64,000 nt of DNA from an uncultured Chloroflexia bacterium. Its GTDB lineage: Bacteria; Chloroflexota; Limnocylindria; Limnocylindrales; CSP1-4. The DNA lies in contig CAWFXA010000002.1 in NCBI GenBank assembly GCA_963819655.1, positions 160,001-224,000 on the forward strand, given 5' to 3'. Under the pieces are notes generated by a model. The model saw nothing but the letters and a program-made list of their open reading frames with translations, made no database searches and was not told the origin of the DNA. The translations under genes and the position numbers were made by a program. Below are positions 20,171-29,761 of the stretch, piece by piece; positions within the stretch are counted from its first letter, which is position 1, and every line of letters begins with the position of its first letter.

Positions 20171-21393
20171 GCGCGCGCCTCCGGCGAGACCGAGCCGGCC
20201 AGGCCGGTCGTGGTCAGCAGGAACGGCGCGTCCTCACCGACGTTGACCGTGCTCAGCGGGCGGCCCGCCTCCCGCGCTTCGACGGCGGCGTCCGAGCAGA
20301 CCGGGCACTGCGGATCGCGCCGCAGCTGGAGCTCGGTGAACTCGGTCTCGAGCGCATCGAACAGCACCAGCCGGCCGGCAAGGGTCGTCCCGATGCCGAG
20401 CAGGATCTTGAGCGCCTCGTTCGTCTGCAGCAATCCGAGGATGCCCGGCACCACGCCAAGCACACCCGCCACCGAGCAGCCCGGGGCGAGCTCGGGCGGC
20501 GGCGGGGTCGGATACAGGCAGCGGTAGCACGGACCCTCGTACGGGACGAACGTCGTGAGCTGACCCTCGAACCGGAACACGCTCGCGTGCACGACCGGGA
20601 TACCGGCAGCGACCGCCGCGTCGTTGAGGACGTAGCGGGTCTCGAACGTGTCGGTCCCATCGAGGATCACGTCGTAACCGTCGATGAGCCGCTCGACATT
20701 GGCGGCGGTGAGCATCTCCTCGTGCTGGACGACGTTGACGTCCGGGTTGAGGGCGTTGATCGCGATGCGCGCCGACTCGACCTTGCGCTCCCCGACCCGG
20801 TCGGTGGTATGGACGATCTGGCGCTGCAGGTTGCTCAGGTCAACGACATCGAAGTCGACGAGACCGATCGTGCCGACGCCGGCCGCGGCCAGATAGAGCG
20901 CCGCCGGACTGCCGAGACCACCCGCGCCGATCAGGAGGGCCTTCGATTCGAGGAGACGTTTCTGGCCGGCCGAGCCGACCTCGGGAATCAGCAGGTGGCG
21001 GCTGTAGCGCTGCTTCTGCTCCGCGTTGAGGACGACCGGCGTCTCGAAGTCGAACCCGGCGCCCTTCCACCCCTGGAAGCCCCCCGACATGCTCGCGACG
21101 TCGGTGTAGCCCATGTCGCTGAGGGTCTGGGCTGCGAACAGCGAGCGGATGCCACCCGCGCAGTACAGGATCACCGGGGCGTCGCGATCGGGAGCGGCTG
21201 CTTCGATCTGCTGCTCGATGTAGCTCTTCGAGACATGGTGGGCACCGGGCAGGTGGCCCTGCTCCCACTCGGACGCTTCGCGGACGTCGACGACCGTGGC
21301 CGCACCGCTGGGGAGGGCTTCGACCTCCTGCGGGGTCACCTCGCGGATCTGGGCGCGGGCCTCGCGAAGGAGGTCCGCGTAGGACTTCGGCAT
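20167..21393 (-). CDS. moeZ: Rhodanese-MoeB adenylyltransferase/sulfurtransferase (MoeZ-type)
   Basis: Rhodanese DVRE..EW..GHLPGA and YCAGGIRS; ThiF domain RYSRHLL, GAGGLG, SNLQRQ, CYRC and CPVC. Confidence 0.9.
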   Translation of the reverse strand: MPKSYADLLREARAQIREVTPQEVEALPSGAATVVDVREASEWEQGHLPGAHHVSKSYIEQQIEAAAPDRDAPVILYCAGGIRSLFAAQTLSDMGYTDVASMSGGFQGWKGAGFDFETPVVLNAEQKQRYSRHLLIPEVGSAGQKRLLESKALLIGAGGLGSPAALYLAAAGVGTIGLVDFDVVDLSNLQRQIVHTTDRVGERKVESARIAINALNPDVNVVQHEEMLTAANVERLIDGYDVILDGTDTFETRYVLNDAAVAAGIPVVHASVFRFEGQLTTFVPYEGPCYRCLYPTPPPPELAPGCSVAGVLGVVPGILGLLQTNEALKILLGIGTTLAGRLVLFDALETEFTELQLRRDPQCPVCSDAAVEAREAGRPLSTVNVGEDAPFLLTTTGLAGSVSPEARA

Positions 21394-21523
21394 GGGTTGG
21401 TTGGCTCCGATGGTTCGACGGGCTGGCTCGCTCAGGCGGCCAGGGCGGTGGTGGATGCGGATGGGTCGCGACACGTGCCGGCTCAGGCCGGCGGGCGACA
21501 CCTGCAGCGGCGCTCGATCCCGG

Positions 21524-21934
21524 TCATCCCGAGGCTCCGCCGGACGTCGCGGGCTCGGGCGCCGCGACGCCGAGGTCGCCGAGCACGTGCTGGAGGCTCT
21601 CATGGCTGAGCATCGCGCACTTCAGGCGTGCGGGGCCGATCTCGATGCCGAGGAGGTCGAGCAGATCGTCGGCACGGAACGACGCCACGTCCTTGAGCGG
21701 CTTGCCTTTGATCTCGTCGGTCAGGAGGCTGGCACTCGCCTGGCTGATCGCACAGCCGCGGCCGGTGAAGCCGACCCGATCCACCACACCGTCCTTGACA
21801 CCGATCATCAGCGTGATCCGATCGCCGCACAGCGGGTTCGAGCCCTCGTACGACGCGTCGGCATCCGCGATCACCCCGAAGTTATGGGGCTGTCGATAGT
21901 GCTCGAGGATGTAGTCGCGATACAGGTCGTCCAT
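21524..21934 (-). CDS. sufU: SufU/IscU-type Fe-S scaffold or sulfur-transfer protein
   Basis: LYRDYILEHY..P.NFG, NPLCGD, GCAISQASAS, RLKCA. Confidence 0.92.
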   Translation of the reverse strand: MDDLYRDYILEHYRQPHNFGVIADADASYEGSNPLCGDRITLMIGVKDGVVDRVGFTGRGCAISQASASLLTDEIKGKPLKDVASFRADDLLDLLGIEIGPARLKCAMLSHESLQHVLGDLGVAAPEPATSGGASG

Positions 21935-22096
21935 TGGTCATTCGACTATATCGCAAGATGCGCAATCCCGACCAGCGGACTCGGGATTAGATCTCGGAGC
22001 AGGGAGGTGCGTCGCTGCAACGGACCGTTGGCACGCCTTGCTGGTACCAAGCGGCAGGGCGTGAAAACGCGTGTCCGAGGCTATCGTCGGGGTTCG

Positions 22097-23380
22097 GTGA
22101 CGACGAACCTCGTGGACGCTCTGGGTGTGTCGCTCGGCGGCATCGCGCAGAAGCGCGGGCTCATCCCGCGCCTTCCGGCCGGTGACCGCCTGCTTTCCGA
22201 TGCCGCCGTGTGGCTGACCGGTGAATACGCCGACGCCGTGCGGTCGACGCACCAGCGGACCTTGCCCTCGGGAGAGACGGCACTCGCTGTCGACCTCCAC
22301 CCGGCGGTCTCGCCACTGGTCCTGACGGCATCGGATGAGGGGCGGGTCACGGCGGCCGGCGATACGGGTGTCGTAGGCCCGGGCTACCACCGCTTCGTCG
22401 GGCGGATCCTGGAGCGGCTCGGGACGGAGATCGGCATCGACTGGACGGATGGCGACGGGGCAACCACGTTCGCCGACCGGCCCGACGTCGAACGGCGCTA
22501 TCTCGGCTGGCTCGGGCCGCGCTTGTCGCACGCCCGCGTGAAGGTCCGCCGCGGCGAGCGTGGCGTCCCGCTCGGGATGCCGCCCGGGACCCACTACGCG
22601 ACCGAGCAAGCGCTGGCCACCGTCATGGGTCCGCGCGACGAAGCGTGGCTCGAGGCGGCGATCGCCGATCCGCGGGTCGCCCTGGACATCACGCCGTGGT
22701 GGGCCGACGCGACCGACGCCCGCTACCTGCTCAACCGTGCGCTCGTGCTGATGTGGCGCGAGGTCCGTTGGCGCACGCCCGCGATGGAGGGCGAAGCCGA
22801 CCTCTTCGACGAGATCCATAGGCTGCTCTCGCGCGCGTATCCGATCGACCCGGACCTCCCCTACCCGTGGCATGCGTGGACGGAGCTGACCGCGCTCCGG
22901 GGCGTGGACGATCCGATGGCCCGCCAGGCCGCGACCCACGCGACCAAGGAACCCGAGCCGAACCCACCGGTCGGATATCGGCGCGACCCCGTGAAGATCA
23001 CACACGAGAACTGGTCCCTGGAGGTGCCCGGTGAATACGCGGAACGGCGGAGCGCCGACGAGTGGTGGGGCGGCGGCGCGGGTAGGAGCATCACGCTGGC
23101 CGCGACCACGACCGGGACGGCAGACGGCGCGCCGATGTCGGCGCACGCGTTCATCGAGCAGTTCGCGGTCGACCTCGGGCCCGATGCGATCACGCATCAT
23201 GCCGGTGGCGTGCTGGGCAGGGCGCGGTTGATGACCGATGCGTCGTCCGGCGTCGAGGTCGGCGTCCTCGAGGGGTATGCCGCGGTCACCGGCTCCGGCG
23301 CGGCGATCCGCATCGAGTTCGACGACCCGGCCGACTGGCAGTGGGCGCTCGACATGTGGAGGTCGCTGGCGCCGGGCTGA
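22097..23380 (+). CDS. Hypothetical protein (about 427 aa)
   Basis: Long ORF with native codon usage and Trp-rich segments; no family recognised. Confidence 0.75.
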   Translation: MTTNLVDALGVSLGGIAQKRGLIPRLPAGDRLLSDAAVWLTGEYADAVRSTHQRTLPSGETALAVDLHPAVSPLVLTASDEGRVTAAGDTGVVGPGYHRFVGRILERLGTEIGIDWTDGDGATTFADRPDVERRYLGWLGPRLSHARVKVRRGERGVPLGMPPGTHYATEQALATVMGPRDEAWLEAAIADPRVALDITPWWADATDARYLLNRALVLMWREVRWRTPAMEGEADLFDEIHRLLSRAYPIDPDLPYPWHAWTELTALRGVDDPMARQAATHATKEPEPNPPVGYRRDPVKITHENWSLEVPGEYAERRSADEWWGGGAGRSITLAATTTGTADGAPMSAHAFIEQFAVDLGPDAITHHAGGVLGRARLMTDASSGVEVGVLEGYAAVTGSGAAIRIEFDDPADWQWALDMWRSLAPG

Positions 23381-23419
23381 TTCGCGCCGGGCTGAGTCCC
23401 GCCGGGCTGAGTCGCGCCG
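23371..23419. repeat. 15-bp tandem repeat, about 3 copies (GCCGGGCTGAGTCGC-like)
   Basis: gccgggctgattcgc / gccgggctgagtccc / gccgggctgagtcgc, overlapping the stop of the upstream gene. Confidence 0.85.
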
Positions 23420-23673
23420 TTTGCGCAAGCACAACAAGTCGTTAACAGACCGTATCCCCTGATGCGCCGACCTTGCGGACGCCACGGGACGCTGCTACGT
23501 TGCCAACCTCGTGGCCCATAGCGGGCTGCGAGCAGGCGCCATGACCCGAGTCCGCTGGGGAGGTCACGCGGCCGACCATGCGCCATGTGGAGGTCCCGAC
23601 CGGAGTCACTCCGTCGGTGCAGACGACGGGCATCGGCCGGACGCAGTCAGAACTCGGTATGAGGAGTGAGGTC

Positions 23674-24792
23674 ATGCCCAGGATGAGATCAGGCGCCATC
23701 GTCGCGGTGGCTGCCATCGCCGTGCTCGCCACCGCATGCAGTACCGGTGGATCCGGCTCGACTGCCGCCAAGACGGCGACCAATGCCGCCGGCGTCGGCG
23801 GCATGGATGCCCTCGTCACCGCGGCGAAGGCCGAGGGCAAGCTCAACGTCATCGCCCTCCCGCCCGAATGGGCCAACTACAAGGGCGTCATCGCCGCGTT
23901 CAAGGCGAAGTACAACCTGACGGTGGACGAGCAGCAGCCGGACGCCAACAGCCAGGAAGAGATCGATGCCGCGAAGAACAACGCGGGCACCGACAAGGCG
24001 CCCGACGTGTTCGATCTCGGCGTCAATGTGGCGCTGTCCAACCTCGCCGTCTTCGCGCCCTACCAGGTCGCGTCGTGGGCGGACATCCCGGCCAATCTCA
24101 AGGAGTCCACCGGCCTGTGGGTCAGTGACTACGCCGGGTTCATGTCGATCGGCTGCGATGCCAACAAGGTCGCCGCACCGGCGACCGTCGCGGACATGCT
24201 GAAGCCCGAGTACAAGGGCAAGATCGCCCTCAACGGCAACCCCAAGGCCGCGTCGGCAGGGATGCACGGCGTCGTGATGGCCTCGCTGGCCAACGGCGGG
24301 TCGGCCGACGACATCGCGCCGGGCGTCGAGTTCTTCAATCAGCTGAACGAGGCCGGCAACCTGCTCCCGGTCGATCCCACCCCGGCCACGATCACGTCAG
24401 GCCAGACGCCGTGCGTGATCGACTGGGAATACAACAACGCGGCTCTCACCGCCGATCTGACCGGTCAGGGCATCGACTGGAAGCTGTCTGTCCCCACGGA
24501 CGCCGACCCAGTCGCGGCGTACTACCTGCAGGCGATCAACAAGGATGCGCCGCATCCTGCGGCCGCCCGCCTGTGGCAGGAGTTCCTGTATACCCCGGAA
24601 GCCCAGAACGAGTGGCTGAAGGGCTTCGCCCGGCCGGTCCTCCAGGACAAGATGGTCGCGGACGGCACGATCGACCAGGACGCCCTGGGCAAGCTCGCGC
24701 AGGCCGAAGGCACGCCGGTCGTCCTGACCCAGGAGCAGGTGACGAAGGCCTCGGAGTACCTCACGGCGAACTGGAGCATCGAGCTCCCGTAG
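23674..24792 (+). CDS. ABC transporter substrate-binding lipoprotein (polyamine/Fe-type family)
   Basis: Lipobox LATAC, AAKAEGKL, APHPAAARLWQEF. Confidence 0.9.
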   Translation: MPRMRSGAIVAVAAIAVLATACSTGGSGSTAAKTATNAAGVGGMDALVTAAKAEGKLNVIALPPEWANYKGVIAAFKAKYNLTVDEQQPDANSQEEIDAAKNNAGTDKAPDVFDLGVNVALSNLAVFAPYQVASWADIPANLKESTGLWVSDYAGFMSIGCDANKVAAPATVADMLKPEYKGKIALNGNPKAASAGMHGVVMASLANGGSADDIAPGVEFFNQLNEAGNLLPVDPTPATITSGQTPCVIDWEYNNAALTADLTGQGIDWKLSVPTDADPVAAYYLQAINKDAPHPAAARLWQEFLYTPEAQNEWLKGFARPVLQDKMVADGTIDQDALGKLAQAEGTPVVLTQEQVTKASEYLTANWSIELP

Positions 24793-24826
24793 CCGTCCCC
24801 GGCATCGCCTGGGATCATCGCCGCCG

Positions 24827-25750
24827 ATGACGACCGACATCGCATCGGGACAGACGGAAGGAGCCGGTCTCGCCACGGGCGGGGCCGGCTCCGAGCGCGC
24901 CCGTCGGGCGACCGTGTATCTCCCGATGCTGCCGTTCTTCGCCTACGTGACGCTGTTCCTGTTGCTGCCCACGCTCATCGTCGTTGTCGGAGCGTTCCAA
25001 ACCGACACCGGCGGCCTCACCCTCGACAACATCGGGACCGTGCTCACCGAGCAGCGGTTCCTTCAGGCTTTCGGCCGGTCCATCCAGCTGTCGCTCGTGA
25101 CCGCGCTGTTGGGCGCGGGGCTCGGCGGGGGTCTGGCCTGGGCGGTCTCGAGCGGCGGGCCGGGCGGCTGGCTGCGCCAGCTCGTCATAGCCTCCTCGGG
25201 AGTGCTCGCGCAGTTCGGCGGTGTGATGCTCGCGTTCGCGTTCCTCGCCGCATTCGGATTCAACGGGCTGGTGACGATCGCCCTCCGCGACACCGTCGGA
25301 CTCGACCTGACCGCCGACAGCACGTGGCTGTACGGGATGACCGGGCTGACGCTCGTCTACACCTACTTCCAGATCCCGCTGATGGTGATCGTCTTCCTGC
25401 CCGCGCTCGACGGGCTGCGCCAGGAGTGGTACGACGCGTCGAACAGCCTGGGCGGCTCCAGCTGGTCGTTCTGGCGCCACGTCGGCGGGCCGATCCTCGC
25501 CCCGAGCTTCCTCGGGGCAGTGCTGCTCCTGTTCGCGAACGCGTTCTCCGCATACGCCACAGCGGCGGCTCTCGTGAGCCAGGGCAGCCCGATCGTGCCG
25601 CTCCAGATCCGCGAGGCGCTGACCAGCGAGGTCGCCCTGGGCCAGGAGAACATCGGCAAGGCCCTGGCGCTCGGCATGATCGTGGTGGTCGTCGTCGTGA
25701 TGGGGCTGTATGCCCTGGTGCAGCGCCGAGCCGGCCGGTGGATCCGGTGA
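24827..25750 (+). CDS. ABC transporter permease
   Basis: TM helices and EAA-like loop WYDASNSLGG. Confidence 0.9.
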   Translation: MTTDIASGQTEGAGLATGGAGSERARRATVYLPMLPFFAYVTLFLLLPTLIVVVGAFQTDTGGLTLDNIGTVLTEQRFLQAFGRSIQLSLVTALLGAGLGGGLAWAVSSGGPGGWLRQLVIASSGVLAQFGGVMLAFAFLAAFGFNGLVTIALRDTVGLDLTADSTWLYGMTGLTLVYTYFQIPLMVIVFLPALDGLRQEWYDASNSLGGSSWSFWRHVGGPILAPSFLGAVLLLFANAFSAYATAAALVSQGSPIVPLQIREALTSEVALGQENIGKALALGMIVVVVVVMGLYALVQRRAGRWIR

Positions 25751-26553
25751 GACGGCGGCCGTTCCGGCAGAAGCTGGCCCGTTGGGTTCTGCTCATCCTC
25801 GTCGGCGGCTACCTGCTGCTGCCGCTGATCGCGATGGCGGAGTTCTCGACCCGCGGCGACTTCGGGACCCGCTCGCTCGACGCGTGGATCGCGATCGCGG
25901 ACGACCCGAACCTCGTGGAAGCGATCATCATCACGATCGCGATCGCCGCACTCACCGCGATCGGCATGGTGCTCCTGCTCGTGCCGACGATGGCCTGGAC
26001 CTACATCCGCGTTCCGGCGTTGAAGCGCCCGATTGAGTTCCTGTGCCTACTGCCGCTGGCGATCCCGCCCGTCGTCCTGATCGTTGGGATCGTGCCCATC
26101 TATTCGATCCTGAGTCGCGCCACCCGCGGGAGCCCGCTCACGCTGGTCTTCATCGACATCATCCTCGTGCTGCCGTACGCGCACCGGGCGATCGATGCCG
26201 GGATGAAATCGATCGACGTCCCGACGCTGGCCGAGGCGGCTCGGAGCCTGGGCGCCAGCTGGCCGCGCGTGATCTTCCAGGTCATCGCGCCGAATCTGCG
26301 CGGCGCGATCCTGTCCGCCGCGGTGATCTCCGTCGCCCTCGTGCTGGGCGAGTTCACGATCTCGTCGTTGCTGAACTACGACACGCTCCAGGTGGTGATC
26401 AACCTGCTCGGCAAGCGCGACTCCTTCGTCGCCGTCGCGGTCTCGCTCGCTGCACTCATCTTCGCGTTCCTGCTCGTCCTCGCCATCACCGTCGTCGGAT
26501 CGGAGCGCCGACGCGCGGTCGAAGAGCCGATCGAGGAGGTATCTGCAGCGTGA
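25747..26553 (+). CDS. ABC transporter permease
   Basis: EAARSLGAS motif; GTGA overlap with the previous gene. Confidence 0.9.
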   Translation: MRRRPFRQKLARWVLLILVGGYLLLPLIAMAEFSTRGDFGTRSLDAWIAIADDPNLVEAIIITIAIAALTAIGMVLLLVPTMAWTYIRVPALKRPIEFLCLLPLAIPPVVLIVGIVPIYSILSRATRGSPLTLVFIDIILVLPYAHRAIDAGMKSIDVPTLAEAARSLGASWPRVIFQVIAPNLRGAILSAAVISVALVLGEFTISSLLNYDTLQVVINLLGKRDSFVAVAVSLAALIFAFLLVLAITVVGSERRRAVEEPIEEVSAA

Positions 26554-27674
26554 CCACCACACCCAGCGCTGAGGCCACCGGAACCCGAGCGGGCGTCGCG
26601 GTCCAGCTGCTCGACCTGCATCGACGGTACGGGAGCGTCAGCGCCCTCGACGGTCTGACACTGGAGCTGGCCCCGGGTGAGCTGGTCGCGCTCCTCGGCC
26701 CGTCGGGCTGCGGCAAGACCACCGCCCTCCGGGCGCTGGCCGGGCTCGACGAGGCTGACGAGGGCCGGATCCTCGTCGACGGCAAGGACATCACGCGCGT
26801 CCCGGCCAACCGGCGCGACATGGGGATGGTGTTCCAGGCCTACAGCCTGTTCCCGAACATGACGGCCCGGGACAACGTCGCCTACGGCCTTCGGCTGCGC
26901 GGGATCGACGGGCCGAACCGCCGGCGGCGCGCGGACGAGATGCTCGAGCTGGTCGGTCTGCAGGCCCAGGGCGGTCGGTATCCGTACCAGCTCTCCGGTG
27001 GCCAGCAGCAGCGTGTCGCGCTGGCGCGCGCCCTCGCGATCCGCCCCAAGGTGCTGCTCCTCGACGAGCCGCTCTCCGCGCTCGACGCGAAGGTCCGCCG
27101 GCAGCTCCGTGAGGAGATCCGTCGGATCCAGATCGCGGTCGGCACGACGACGCTGTTCGTGACCCACGACCAGGAGGAGGCCCTCGCGCTCGGCGACCGG
27201 GTCGGGGTGATGTCGGCCGGGCGACTCGAGCAGATCGCGCCGCCGTCGGAGCTCTACGACCGGCCGCGAACCGCGTTCGTCGCAGAGTTCGTCGGCCTCA
27301 CGAACCGGATCCGCGGCATCGCCCGCGATGGCGCCGTCGAGCTCATCGGACAGCGGGTGCCGCTCCTCGAGGGCTCGGCTGGATCGGGCCCCGTCATCGC
27401 GCTCGTCCGGCCGGAGGCGATCCGCCTGGTCCCCGACGCCGGTGGTCTGGCACGGGTGCTCGCGGCGAGCTTCCTCGGCTCAGTGAGCCGCGTCCAGGTC
27501 GAGCTCCCGACGGGCGAGCTGGTGGGCGTCCAGACCGACGTCGAGGAGGCCGGGCAGCTGGCGCCGGGAACGGTCGTCACCGTGACATTCGCGCCATCGC
27601 CGGTCTTCGCGGTCCCCGATGCACCTGTCGCGGCCGTGGCGGCCGCCGCGTCCGTTCCCGCCGCGGCGTCGTGA
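26550..27674 (+). CDS. ABC transporter ATP-binding protein (PotA-like, C-terminal TOBE)
   Basis: GPSGCGKT, LSGGQQQR, LLLDEP, VTHDQEEA. Confidence 0.93.
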   Translation: MTTTPSAEATGTRAGVAVQLLDLHRRYGSVSALDGLTLELAPGELVALLGPSGCGKTTALRALAGLDEADEGRILVDGKDITRVPANRRDMGMVFQAYSLFPNMTARDNVAYGLRLRGIDGPNRRRRADEMLELVGLQAQGGRYPYQLSGGQQQRVALARALAIRPKVLLLDEPLSALDAKVRRQLREEIRRIQIAVGTTTLFVTHDQEEALALGDRVGVMSAGRLEQIAPPSELYDRPRTAFVAEFVGLTNRIRGIARDGAVELIGQRVPLLEGSAGSGPVIALVRPEAIRLVPDAGGLARVLAASFLGSVSRVQVELPTGELVGVQTDVEEAGQLAPGTVVTVTFAPSPVFAVPDAPVAAVAAAASVPAAAS

Positions 27675-29035
27675 CCCGGATCCTCGAACCGGCACGCGAG
27701 GTCGACGTCGTCCACGACACCGATGTACTCGTCGTCGGCAGCGGCCCGGGCGGATTGTCGGCGGCCCTCGCGTCGGCGCGGGCCGGCGCCCGCACGACAC
27801 TGCTTGATCGGTACGGCTGTTTCGGGGGGAACATGACCCAGGTCGGTGTCGAGAGCATCGGCTGGTACCGCCACGAAGGGACGGTCGAGGGCGAGGGGAT
27901 CGGGCGCGAGCTGGAGGAGCGCGCGGCCGCGATGGGCGCAGCGAGCCCAGAGAGCCAGTCGCTGTCGATGGGCATCAACGGCGAGCGGTTCAAATACGTC
28001 GCCGACGTCCTGGTCGAGGAGGCCGGGATCACGCCGATGCTCCACCGCCTGGCCGTCGCCCCGATCGTCGAGGACGGTGCGGTCCGCGGTGTCATCACCG
28101 AGAGCAAGTCCGGCCGGGAGGCGGTCCTCGCGAAGCGCGTCGTCGACGCCACGGGCGACGCGGACGTGGCCGCCCGCGCCGGCGCGCCCGTCCGCATCAC
28201 GCCCCGGGAGGAGATGCTGGCGGCGTCGGTGATGTTCTCGATGACCGGTGTGAACAAGGGCCGCTTCCTCGACGCCGTGAAGGCGGATCCCCAGACCTAC
28301 AGGGACTGGGCGGGAAATGCGGAGTGGGACATCGAGACCACGGGTAAGGAGGACGAGCTCTACTCACCGTTCCTGCGCAAGCCGTTCAAACAGGCCGTCG
28401 CGGCCGGGCTCATCCCGGCGAACCTCATCACACTGGCCGGCACGTGGGGCACGATCAGCGACCAGGGCGACCTGACGTATCTCAACCTCATCCACCTCGC
28501 CGGCATCGACGGCACGAGCGCGGACGACCTCTCTCGCGGCGAGATCGAGGGCCGCAAGCAGGCGATGCAGGCGATCGATGCGTTGCGCGCCTTCATGCCC
28601 GGCTGCGAGGACGCGACGCTGCGCAACTTCGGGATGACCATCGGCATCCGCGACACCCGCAAGATAGACGCGCTGTACGACCTGACCGAGCGCGATGTCC
28701 GCGAGCAAGCGCGCTTCGACGACGCGATCGGGATCTTCCCCGAGTTCATCGACGGGTACGGCGTCCTGATCCTGCCCACGACCGGACGCTACTTCCAGGT
28801 GCCGTACCGCTCGCTCGTGCCCAAGGGCGTAGGAGGTCTGATCGTTGCCGGCCGCTCGATCGGCGGCGACAAGGTCTCGCATGCGTCGGTGCGGAACATG
28901 ATGTGCTGCACGGTCAGCGGCCAGGGTGCCGGAGTGGCGGCGGCTGTGTCGCTCCGCCTGGCCCAGCCGTTCGACGGGTTGGACGTGAGTCGGGTCCAGG
29001 CTGAGCTCAAACGACAGGGCGTGCGCATCCACTGA
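27671..29035 (+). CDS. FAD-dependent oxidoreductase
   Basis: GSGPGG, VDATGDAD, VPYRSLVP, VAGRSI. Confidence 0.88.
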   Translation: MTRILEPAREVDVVHDTDVLVVGSGPGGLSAALASARAGARTTLLDRYGCFGGNMTQVGVESIGWYRHEGTVEGEGIGRELEERAAAMGAASPESQSLSMGINGERFKYVADVLVEEAGITPMLHRLAVAPIVEDGAVRGVITESKSGREAVLAKRVVDATGDADVAARAGAPVRITPREEMLAASVMFSMTGVNKGRFLDAVKADPQTYRDWAGNAEWDIETTGKEDELYSPFLRKPFKQAVAAGLIPANLITLAGTWGTISDQGDLTYLNLIHLAGIDGTSADDLSRGEIEGRKQAMQAIDALRAFMPGCEDATLRNFGMTIGIRDTRKIDALYDLTERDVREQARFDDAIGIFPEFIDGYGVLILPTTGRYFQVPYRSLVPKGVGGLIVAGRSIGGDKVSHASVRNMMCCTVSGQGAGVAAAVSLRLAQPFDGLDVSRVQAELKRQGVRIH

Positions 29036-29066
29036 GGGTCCTCACCCGGCGGCGACGGCGACGACC

Positions 29067-29191
29067 GCGGTTCCTCCCAGGAACGAGAACGCCACGAACG
29101 TGCGTGGCTCCCGCGCGAACTCGACATCCTCTGTCAGAAGTCTGCCTGGTCCACGTTCGTTCATCGAAGATCCGTTCCTTGGAGGAACCGC
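29067..29191. repeat. Palindromic repeat, copy A (diverged)
   Basis: Terminal inverted repeats GCGGTTCCTCCCAGGAACG / CGTTCCTTGGAGGAACCGC; inner pair ACGAACGTG / CACGTTCGT; central GACA-N5-TGTC. Confidence 0.85.
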
Positions 29192-29233
29192 AGCCCCGTG
29201 GCAAGCACACGACGAGGGCCCGTCCGAGCATCC

Positions 29234-29400
29234 CGTTACTCCCGGTAGCGAGATCGCCACGAACGTGCACGGCTCCCACACCAGATCGACAGTTCGTGTC
29301 AGAACTCGGCCTCGTCCACGCTCATTCATCGAGGATCCGTTACTGGGAGTAACGCGGGGCGCCGGGGGCCCGCGATGCCTCGACCGGCGCGCCGCCACCG
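29234..29400. repeat. Palindromic repeat, copy B (121-bp core plus about 45-bp tail shared with copy C)
   Basis: CGTTACTCCCGGTAGCG (29234) ... CGTTACTGGGAGTAACG (29354); near-identical to 31868-32034. Confidence 0.92.
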
Positions 29401-29412
29401 ATGGCGAGTCGA

Positions 29413-29446
29413 GGCCCGCTGGTGCCCCCCACAACACCAGCGGGCC
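29413..29446 (-). terminator. GC-rich hairpin just downstream of the Flp pilin gene
   Basis: GGCCCGCTGGTG ... CACCAGCGGGCC 12-bp stem; no clear U tract. Confidence 0.5.
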
Positions 29447-29452
29447 GAGTGC

Positions 29453-29623
29453 CTAGATCGAGACACCCACCTTCCAGATGATGTCGCTGATCTGGCCGCC
29501 GAGGAAGATCAGGGCAACGATGGCGATGATGGCGATCAGCGCGAGGATGAGCGCGTACTCCGCAAGTCCCTGTCCTGTGGAGTCATCCAGGATGCGCGCC
29601 CAGTGCGTTCGGATCCGTTTCAT
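29453..29623 (-). CDS. Flp family type IVb pilin (56 aa; absent from the ORF track)
   Basis: MKRIRTHWARILDDSTG/QGLAEYALILALIAIIAIVALIFLGGQISDIIWKVGVSI: G|QxxxEY prepilin motif followed by a hydrophobic helix. Confidence 0.92.
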   Translation of the reverse strand: MKRIRTHWARILDDSTGQGLAEYALILALIAIIAIVALIFLGGQISDIIWKVGVSI

Positions 29624-29761
29624 CTAGGTCCCCTGTGCGTGCCTCTGCCTGAGGCGGCACCCGGTCGTTGGGCCGGGCGTCTCGCAGCATCGGGTCGATC
29701 GCCCGGTGCCCGGAATCGGGGACATGCCCGTATCGTGGTTGCGGGTGGTCCCGCAATCCCG

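Noticed and set aside
29067-29354. CRISPR array or classical integron attC sites
   Set aside because: The units are 121-bp palindromes rather than short repeats with unique spacers. There are no cas or intI genes, and the ends do not fit the RYYYAAC...GTTRRRY arrangement.
29042-29456. ORFs running through the repeats (e.g. 29100-29456, 31773-32123)
   Set aside because: Differences between copies are largely non-synonymous yet preserve base pairing, so the constraint is structural rather than coding.
29624-29761. c-di-GMP riboswitch upstream of the Flp pilin
   Set aside because: The GCAAACC..GAAA..GGGACGCAAAG-type core is not present.
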